22,159 bases of DNA from the NCBI GenBank assembly GCA_049699855.1, contig JBNAWM010000011.1, positions 1 to 22,159 of the forward strand. The letters are read 5' to 3'. The notes beneath the pieces were generated by a model. That model was not told where the DNA came from and did no database searches. It worked only from the letters and a program-made list of their open reading frames with translations. Below are positions 15,959 through 22,159 of this stretch, piece by piece; within the stretch, counting starts at the first letter, position 1; the number at the start of each line of letters is the position of its first letter. A program made the translations under genes and the position numbers. This stretch comes from Candidatus Cryosericum sp. Its GTDB lineage: Bacteria; Caldisericota; Caldisericia; Cryosericales; Cryosericaceae.

Positions 15959-15977
15959 TGGCAGAGAGGATGGCGCG

Positions 15978-16958
15978 ATGAAGCAATCAAGCGTGGAAGC
16001 ACCGATTGTAGCCGGCGTGGACGTCGGTGGAACGAAGATTACCTTTGTTCTCTGGACTGATGGATCCATTCGCCATAAAGCGGTCCTTCCGTACACTGCG
16101 CGATCCAACGAGGAGTTCGAAGCTCTTGTGCGCACAGGGCTGGATGATCTGGTGCGGCACGCTGCAAGTCTTGGAACAGCCATTGCGGCTACTGGCATCG
16201 GATGCGCGGGGATGGCTGACCAAAAACGTGGCGTCCTGCGTTTTTCGCCCAATATGCCCGGTGTACACGATATTGCGCTTGCGAGCATTGCTGGGAGCGT
16301 TACTGGCAGCCCTGCGTTCCTGGAGAACGATGCCAAGTGCGCACTGCTGGCCGAGTGGGTCAGCGGGGTCGCCACCGGGCGTCGCAATGTCGTCATGTTT
16401 GCGGTGGGTACCGGGGTGGGTGGTGCATTGATCCTAGATGGGCACCTGTATGTCGGCCGTCATGGCTATGCCGGCGAGGTGGGTCACATTCCAATGGTAG
16501 AGCGCGGGCTGCTGTGCGGTTGCGGGCGTCATGGGTGCCTGGAGACGATTGCCTCCGGTACCGGCATCGAGCGGTATGTGCAACGTGCCCTGGCCCGGGG
16601 AGCCGTCAGTAGAATGACCCTTCAAGATGCTAACTCAGCGCGGACGATCGCGACGTTTGCCCATAAAGGCGACCATCTTGCTCAGCAGGCATTCCGGCAG
16701 GCGGCACGAGCTCTTGGGCGCGCCGCAGGCGGAATCATCAACATCCTTGATCCAGACATGATTGTGCTGGGTGGTGGCGTAGCTGAATCGGGGCTGCTCA
16801 TGGACGAGATGAAGCGCGTTGCCCAGCGCCGCTGCCTCCCGTTGCTATTTGAGGGCGTAGAATTCGCTGAAGCACACTACAAAAACGATGCGGCAGCGAT
16901 CGGAGCGGCTCTGCTTGCTTCAGAGCTCCTTGCAGGGCGCGCCGTGTACGCTGTCTGA
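15978..16958 (+). CDS. ROK family sugar kinase (glucokinase-like)
   Basis: GVDVGGTK ATP-binding motif, ENDA, GTGVGG, AGEVGH, CGCGRHGCLE, LGGGV; no HTH; ATG 15978 after GAGGA. Confidence 0.9.
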   Translation: MKQSSVEAPIVAGVDVGGTKITFVLWTDGSIRHKAVLPYTARSNEEFEALVRTGLDDLVRHAASLGTAIAATGIGCAGMADQKRGVLRFSPNMPGVHDIALASIAGSVTGSPAFLENDAKCALLAEWVSGVATGRRNVVMFAVGTGVGGALILDGHLYVGRHGYAGEVGHIPMVERGLLCGCGRHGCLETIASGTGIERYVQRALARGAVSRMTLQDANSARTIATFAHKGDHLAQQAFRQAARALGRAAGGIINILDPDMIVLGGGVAESGLLMDEMKRVAQRRCLPLLFEGVEFAEAHYKNDAAAIGAALLASELLAGRAVYAV

Positions 16959-16992
16959 GCCCAACGGACGTTCTGTGACGGGTGGGCTGCGA

Positions 16993-18342
16993 TCAGGCTC
17001 CAAGATGCAGCCGCGAACGAATGCCAGCCGCCTCGGCCTCAGTGCCGGGTTTCTCGAGCAGAGCAAACATGTTGCGTTTGTACGCCTCCACACCCGGCTG
17101 GTCAAAGGGATTGATGCCCAGCATGTATCCGCTGACAGCACAGGCGGTTTCGAAGAAGTAGACGACCGCGCCGAAGCTTGCTGGTGACACGTCAGGGATG
17201 CTGAGCTGGACCACCGGGATGCCGCCATCGTGATGGGCAAGGAGCGTTCCGAGCCTGGCCTGCTGGTTCATGGTAGAAATGTCACGGCCGTTGAGGTACG
17301 ACAGGCCGTCGGGAGAATCAGCTTCGCAGACAAAGGGAAGCTTGCCAGGAGAAGGAACGTCAATGCTGGTTTCGAACAGCACCCGCGTGCCGTCCTGCAC
17401 GAACTGCCCAAGCGAATGGAGATCGGTAGTGAAATCTGCTGCTGCAGGGAAAACGCCTTTGCCGTCTTTACCTTCGCTCTCGCCAAACAGCTGCTTCCAC
17501 CACTCCCCAACATAGTGAAGGCACGGCTCAAAGCTGGTCAGGAGTTCCACTTTCTTGCCATCGTCATCAAGAAGCCGTCGGGTGGCTGCATAGCGCAGAG
17601 CATCGTTGGCCGTCGTGGACAGCTGAAGGCTGGCCTCGCGCTGCTCAGCTGCTCCCTGGAGCATGGAGCGGATATTGACGCCTGCCACGGCAAATGGAAG
17701 AAGTCCGACAGGTGTCAGCACGGAATAGCGCCCACCGATGTCGCGAGGCAGGTCGAACGCCATAAATCCCTCTTTGCCGGCAAGATCCCTCAAGGTGCCC
17801 TGTTCTGCGTCTGTCACGGCGACGATGCGCCTGGACGCCTCCTGGACTCCAAACCGGCGCACGAGTTCGGCTCTCAGGATGTGAAAAGCAACAGCGGTTT
17901 CAAGTGTCGTACCCGACTTGGAGACAACGATGACCGAGAAACGCTTATTCTCCAGCGCTTTCAGCAGGGTCTGAAGCTGCCATGAACTGAGGCTGTTGCC
18001 AGCGAAAAGGATGTCCGGCCCAGCTCCTTGACGGTTCTGCGACAGCCACGGTTCGAGGAATTCCAAGCCCGCCCGGGCTCCCAGATAGGAGCCGCCGATT
18101 CCGCACACGACCACGGTATCCGACTGCTCGCGCAGGGCGGCGGCCGACTCTTCAAGACGGGCAATGAGGTTTTCGGGCGTCTCTACCGGCAGATTGATCC
18201 AGCCGGTGTAGTCAGCTCCCGCGCCCTTTCGTCCCAGGAGTACTCCCAGGTGCCCAACAGCATCGTTCAGGGCTGCAGTTACCACCTGCTCCGCCATGTT
18301 GTCAAGCGCCCACTCCGTCTCCGCTCGCACCCTTTCCGCCAT
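16993..18342 (-). CDS. pgi: Glucose-6-phosphate isomerase
   Basis: GIGGSYLGARA, SKSGTTLET, DIGGRYSVLTPVGLLP, EWWKQLFGESEGKDGKG, DLHSLGQ, NPFDQPGVEAYK; RBS GGAGGT. Confidence 0.97.
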   Translation of the reverse strand: MAERVRAETEWALDNMAEQVVTAALNDAVGHLGVLLGRKGAGADYTGWINLPVETPENLIARLEESAAALREQSDTVVVCGIGGSYLGARAGLEFLEPWLSQNRQGAGPDILFAGNSLSSWQLQTLLKALENKRFSVIVVSKSGTTLETAVAFHILRAELVRRFGVQEASRRIVAVTDAEQGTLRDLAGKEGFMAFDLPRDIGGRYSVLTPVGLLPFAVAGVNIRSMLQGAAEQREASLQLSTTANDALRYAATRRLLDDDGKKVELLTSFEPCLHYVGEWWKQLFGESEGKDGKGVFPAAADFTTDLHSLGQFVQDGTRVLFETSIDVPSPGKLPFVCEADSPDGLSYLNGRDISTMNQQARLGTLLAHHDGGIPVVQLSIPDVSPASFGAVVYFFETACAVSGYMLGINPFDQPGVEAYKRNMFALLEKPGTEAEAAGIRSRLHLGA

Positions 18343-18367
18343 GATACCACCTCCATGTCTTTTCTCT

Positions 18368-18395
18368 ATTCTAGGACGGAGTGAGGACTGTACAA
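18368..18395 (-). promoter_or_regulatory. Putative sigma70 promoter for pgi
   Basis: TTGTAC (18395-18390) - 16 nt - TAGAAT (18373-18368). Confidence 0.6.
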
Positions 18396-18399
18396 GTCA

Positions 18400-18574
18400 G
18401 CGACGGGTGATCCACTGGAACTGAACCTTCACGGTGTTGTAGCGGTCAAGAGGGAGTCTTCGTCAGTGAGAGAGCCAGTTGCATTTTTTTTCGAATGCAC
18501 TAGAGTCTACAAATAGACATGAAAAGGTGTGTTAGCCGCCCTTGCGCGACGGGTGTTCATCCACAGTGACCTTC
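18400..18574 (+). repeat. Two-copy imperfect direct repeat in the pgi/dppA intergenic region
   Basis: GCGACGGGTG-ATCCAC-tggaac-TGAaCCTTC (18400-18430) versus GCGACGGGTG-ttc-ATCCAC-ag-TGACCTTC (18546-18574). Confidence 0.5.
18479..18506 (+). promoter_or_regulatory. Putative sigma70 promoter for the dpp operon, overlapped by a palindrome
   Basis: TTGCAT (18479-18484) - 16 nt - TAGAGT (18501-18506); TGCATT-N8-AATGCA dyad at 18480-18499. Confidence 0.5.
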
Positions 18575-18616
18575 GAAAAGGCTCGGCATCAAAAATCCAG
18601 AGGAGGTAAGAGAGGC

Positions 18617-20206
18617 ATGAAGAAGTCGTTGATAGTGGTTCTTGTAGTGCTGCTCGGTGTAAGCCTGCTTGCCGGATGTAAGCCCGTGGCAAAACAGCCG
18701 GTCACATTTGTGTTTGCCAAGGGAGATGCGGTCGAACTGGATCCAGCGGATGTGACGGACGGCGAATCGGTTACCGTCATGAACAATATCTTCGAAGGGC
18801 TGGTACGGTACAAACCCGGTTCGACCGAAATCGAACCGTCCCTGGCCACGAGCTGGGACACGTCGACAGATGGTCTGGTCTGGACGTTCCATCTCCGCCA
18901 GAATGTGAAGTTCCAGGACGGCACCCCCTTCAATGCGGATGCTGTTGTGTTCTCCTATGAGCGTCAGAGGGATCCCAATCACCCATTCCACCAGTATGGC
19001 AAATGGGAGTATTGGGGCTGGTGCTTCAGTGAGATCAAGAAGACCGAGAAGGTGGACGACTCGACGGTGAAGATTACCTTGTCTGAGCCTTTTGCACCCT
19101 TCCTGAGCACCATGGCCATGTTCACTATGTACGTTGTGAGCCCGACGAATTGCAACACGCTCAAAGACCAGTGGTTCTCGCACCCCGTCGGAACGGGCCC
19201 CTTCAGCTTTGTGGAGTGGGTAAAGGGTGACCACATCACGCTCGAGAAGAACCCGAATTACTGGGGAACTGCTCCCACGATCGACAAGCTTGTCTTCAGA
19301 GTCATTGACGATCCATCGTCACGGTACCTCGCTCTGCAGAAGGGCGAAGTCCAGGGAATGGAATTCCCAAGCCCTGACGACCTGCCCAAGATCACGGCGG
19401 ATACCAATCTGACCGTCATGAGCGAGCCAGGGTTGAATGTGGGTTATCTTGCAATGAATATGGGCACAGATACCCCAGGGTATCAGAAGCAGTTCGGTGA
19501 TGTCCGCGTCCGCCAGGCCATCAATTACGCCATCAACAAGCAGGATATCGTCAACCAGCTTTACAAGGGAACGGCGAGCGTGGCTGTCAACCCGATTCCG
19601 CCGACGCTGTGGGGATACAACGATGCTGTTCAAGACTACAGCTATGATCCTGCAAAGGCGAAGGAACTGCTGAAAGAGGCTGGGTATCCGAATGGATTTA
19701 AGACCAACCTTTGGGCGATGCCTGTCTCAAGGCCCTACATGTTTGACCCCAAGGCTATTGCAACTGCCATCCAGGCTGATCTGAAGGCGGTCGGCATCGA
19801 CGCCGAGATCGTAACGTACGATTGGGGCACGTATCTTAAGAAGACGGAGGCGGGCGAGCATGCCATGTGTCTCCTTGGCTGGACCGCCGACTATGCAGAT
19901 CCCGACGACTTCCTGTATGTCCTGCTTGATTCGGACGCAGCGACAGTCGGGTCTGCCGGCAATGTGGCGTTCTACAGGAACCCCACTGTACACAGCCTCA
20001 ACAAGGAAGCGCAGATGACCACGGACTTCAACAAGCGGGTCGATCTGTACAAGCAGGTTCAGGTGATCGTGCACAATGATGCTCCGTGGGTGCCGCTGGC
20101 CTATGCGAAGCAGACGCTTGTGTTCGCGAAGAATGTGAAAGGATTTGTGCTTTACCCGACAGGTGACTACCACTTCGATACTGTTTCTTTTGCCTCTGGC
20201 AGTTAG
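18617..20206 (+). CDS. dppA: Dipeptide/oligopeptide ABC transporter substrate-binding lipoprotein (SBP family 5, DppA-like)
   Basis: Signal peptide MKK...LLAG|C lipobox, LDPA, IFEGLV, IEPSLATSW, FHLRQNVKFQDGTPFNADAVVFS, PVGTGPF, WAMPVSRPYM, GWTADYADPDDFL; ATG 18617 after GGAGGT. Confidence 0.9.
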   Translation: MKKSLIVVLVVLLGVSLLAGCKPVAKQPVTFVFAKGDAVELDPADVTDGESVTVMNNIFEGLVRYKPGSTEIEPSLATSWDTSTDGLVWTFHLRQNVKFQDGTPFNADAVVFSYERQRDPNHPFHQYGKWEYWGWCFSEIKKTEKVDDSTVKITLSEPFAPFLSTMAMFTMYVVSPTNCNTLKDQWFSHPVGTGPFSFVEWVKGDHITLEKNPNYWGTAPTIDKLVFRVIDDPSSRYLALQKGEVQGMEFPSPDDLPKITADTNLTVMSEPGLNVGYLAMNMGTDTPGYQKQFGDVRVRQAINYAINKQDIVNQLYKGTASVAVNPIPPTLWGYNDAVQDYSYDPAKAKELLKEAGYPNGFKTNLWAMPVSRPYMFDPKAIATAIQADLKAVGIDAEIVTYDWGTYLKKTEAGEHAMCLLGWTADYADPDDFLYVLLDSDAATVGSAGNVAFYRNPTVHSLNKEAQMTTDFNKRVDLYKQVQVIVHNDAPWVPLAYAKQTLVFAKNVKGFVLYPTGDYHFDTVSFASGS

Positions 20207-20221
20207 AACTGCCGAACCAAC

Positions 20222-20245
20222 AGGGAGGGGCGCAAGCCCCTCCCT
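20222..20245 (+). other. Intercistronic hairpin after dppA (mRNA stabiliser or partial terminator)
   Basis: AGGGAGGGGC-GCAA-GCCCCTCCCT, a perfect 10-bp stem with a GNRA loop and only a weak U-tail. Confidence 0.75.
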
Positions 20246-20266
20246 TCTGAAAACTGGAGTCCACGC

Positions 20267-21271
20267 ATGAGAAGCTACATCATCAGGCGAGCCTTGAATG
20301 TTGTTCTCATTGTATTTGTTGTTTCCATTGTCATCTTCCTTCTGATACGGCTTGCACCAGGAGATCCTGCGATAACAATGGCTGGGGAGCATGCATCGGC
20401 GGAGACGCTTGCTCAAATGAGGTCCGAGTGGGGGCTCGACAGGCCCCTCATCGTGCAGTATGGCATCTGGCTTGAGCATGCGCTGCATGGCGATTTTGGG
20501 CAGTCCATTCTGACGCACCAGGCGGTGCTGGTAGAATTGCTGCAACGCTTCCCGAACACGCTGGAGCTTTCGGTCTTTGCGATGATCTTTGCGACTGCTG
20601 TTGGGATGTTTGCCGGCATCATTTCGGCTGTTCGGCGGTACTCGTTCTGGGACTACGCAAGCATGTTCATCGCGCTTTTCGGCGTCTCCATGCCCGTTTT
20701 CTGGCTGGCAATCATCCTTATCATGGTCTTCGGGATCAAGCTGGATCTGCTTCCGACAGGCGGGCGCCTGGGCGTCATGTACTCCATCACTCCCATCACT
20801 CATCTGTACTTGGTGGACAGCTTGCTTGAACTGAGGTTTCCGGCTTTCTGGGATGCCCTGAAACACCTGATCCTGCCAGCGGCGGCTCTGGGCACCATAC
20901 CGATGGCTTTTGTCGCGCGCATTACACGGTCGAGCATGCTGGACGTCATGGGACAGGACTACATTCGGACTGCGCGTTCGAAAGGGCTGAGCGAGCGGGC
21001 TATTATCGTCAAGCATGCATTGCGGAATGCGACGATTCCCATCCTGACTGCATCGGGCACGGAATTTGCGGGCCTGATGGGCGGCGCAGTGCTGACGGAG
21101 ACCATCTTTGCCTGGCCGGGCCTGGGGACCTATATTGTGCAGGCAGTCTCGGCGAGGGACTATCCTGCCGTGCAGGGATCTGTGATTTTTGTTGCGCTTG
21201 TTGTCGCCCTGGTCAACCTGCTGGTTGACATCATTTATTCTTTCGTGGACCCGCGGATTCGCTATGAGTGA
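20267..21271 (+). CDS. dppB: Peptide ABC transporter permease (DppB/OppB)
   Basis: YIIRR, LAPGDPA, GLDRPLIVQY, GDFGQS, SMPVFWL, HLILPA, DYIRTARSKGL, KHALRNA, TETIFAWPGLG, RDYPAVQG, DPRIRY. Confidence 0.93.
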   Translation: MRSYIIRRALNVVLIVFVVSIVIFLLIRLAPGDPAITMAGEHASAETLAQMRSEWGLDRPLIVQYGIWLEHALHGDFGQSILTHQAVLVELLQRFPNTLELSVFAMIFATAVGMFAGIISAVRRYSFWDYASMFIALFGVSMPVFWLAIILIMVFGIKLDLLPTGGRLGVMYSITPITHLYLVDSLLELRFPAFWDALKHLILPAAALGTIPMAFVARITRSSMLDVMGQDYIRTARSKGLSERAIIVKHALRNATIPILTASGTEFAGLMGGAVLTETIFAWPGLGTYIVQAVSARDYPAVQGSVIFVALVVALVNLLVDIIYSFVDPRIRYE

Positions 21272-22148
21272 CAAGAAACCGTCAAGCAATTCGCTGTTTG
21301 TCGAAATGATGCGCTACACGCGCAGAAACCGTTCCGCCATGTTCGGGCTCTTTGTCATTCTCTTCTTCATTGCCATGGCGATCGCTGCCCCCGTGCTGGC
21401 TCCACATAACCCCATTGCTCAGAATCTCAAGGACAACCTTCAGCCGGGATTCTGGGCCAACCGGCCTTCAACGTTCCTTGGAACAGACAACTTTGGCCGC
21501 GACATCCTGAGCAGAATTATCTATGGAGCTCGCATTTCTCTTACCGTGGGTTTTGTGGCTGTTGTCATCGGTGTTCTTCTCGGTGCCACCGCCGGCGTGA
21601 TGGCAGGCTATCTGGGTGGATGGGTTGACAATCTGATCATGAGAATCGTCGACATCATGTTCTCACTGCCCTCTATCTTGCTGGCAATCGTCATTGTGGC
21701 AATCCTTGGGAGGGGCCTGGACAAAGCGATGATTGCCATCGGGATTACGTATGCGCCGCAGATCGCACGGGTTGTGCGTTCTCAGACCATCGTGGTCTGT
21801 CAGAACGAGTATACCGAGTCTGCACGCGCAATCGGGGCTTCCAGTATTCATATCATGGTAGCCCATGTCCTGCCGAACATCCTCTCGGTGCTGATTGTCT
21901 ATGGTACGCTGAGTATCGGCAGTGCCATCCTTGATGCAGCTGCGCTGGGGTTTCTTGGGCTTGGCGCTCAGCCACCGACACCAGAATGGGGAGCAATGCT
22001 GGCCGATGGTATCCATTCGATTACGGGTGGATACTGGTGGGTTGAGACCTTTCCCGGACTGGCGATCCTGTTTACAGTCCTTGGATTCAATCTGCTTGGC
22101 GATGGCTTGAGGGATGCAACCGATCCGAGGTTGAGAAAGAGCGGCTGA
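21264..22148 (+). CDS. dppC: Peptide ABC transporter permease (DppC/OppC)
   Basis: LGTDNFGRDILSRIIYGARISL, MRIVD, EYTESARAIGAS (EAA loop), HVLPN, LGFLGLGAQPPTPEWG, FNLLGDGLRDATDPR; start ATG 21264 overlaps dppB. Confidence 0.93.
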   Translation: MSDKKPSSNSLFVEMMRYTRRNRSAMFGLFVILFFIAMAIAAPVLAPHNPIAQNLKDNLQPGFWANRPSTFLGTDNFGRDILSRIIYGARISLTVGFVAVVIGVLLGATAGVMAGYLGGWVDNLIMRIVDIMFSLPSILLAIVIVAILGRGLDKAMIAIGITYAPQIARVVRSQTIVVCQNEYTESARAIGASSIHIMVAHVLPNILSVLIVYGTLSIGSAILDAAALGFLGLGAQPPTPEWGAMLADGIHSITGGYWWVETFPGLAILFTVLGFNLLGDGLRDATDPRLRKSG

Positions 22149-22159
22149 GCTGGGGCGGG

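Noticed and set aside
16959..16992. Bidirectional terminator between the ROK kinase and pgi
   Set aside because: Only a short AGCCCA/TGGGCT pairing with a large irregular loop and no U-tract on either strand.
874..17985. Other long antisense or alternative-frame ORFs (e.g. 874-1704, 1790-2701, 3740-4471, 10359-11240, 17230-17985)
   Set aside because: All overlap well-supported genes, lack recognisable motifs and are expected from codon bias.
18396..18480. 6S RNA, SRP RNA or hammerhead ribozyme in the pgi/dppA spacer
   Set aside because: A CTGACGA is present on the minus strand, but the partner GAAA core and stems are missing; no SRP GGAA loop motif or long 6S-type rod is evident.
19727..21289. 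520-aa antisense ORF across dppA-dppB
   Set aside because: Shadow frame of GC-rich coding sequence; no recognisable motifs.
14664..22148. Idea that the ABC transporter is a Thermotoga-style sugar importer controlled by the ROK repressor
   Set aside because: The binding protein carries DppA-type peptide-binding signatures (WAMPVSRPY, GWTADYADPD), and no copy of the candidate ROK dyad was seen upstream of it.

Overview
Bacterial chromosomal window, GC-rich in coding regions, with no mobile elements, rRNA/tRNA genes or CRISPR arrays detected. Left to right: (1) the 5' end of a minus-strand PilX-like minor pilin gene running off the left edge; (2) a speD-speE polyamine operon whose aminopropyltransferase is of the GGGEG (Thermus SpeE / thermospermine synthase-like) type, followed by an intrinsic terminator; (3) five overlapping genes, mtaD - pncC/cinA-C - amrS - amrB - amrA, i.e. 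a complete AmmeMemoRadiSam system joined to an MTA/SAH deaminase and an NMN deamidase; (4) a minus-strand pheS-pheT-mutS2-dinG operon in which DinG has an intact DEDDh exonuclease but apparently degenerate helicase motifs; (5) a ROK repressor, a ROK sugar kinase and a convergent pgi; (6) dppA-dppB-dppC of a peptide ABC transporter. The most notable non-coding signals are six sigma70-like promoters that all have a 16-bp spacer, a hairpin/pseudoknot candidate in the speD leader able to pair with the ribosome-binding site, a candidate ROK operator before the kinase, and an imperfect direct repeat in the pgi/dppA intergenic region. All family assignments come from motif recognition by eye; no database search was run.
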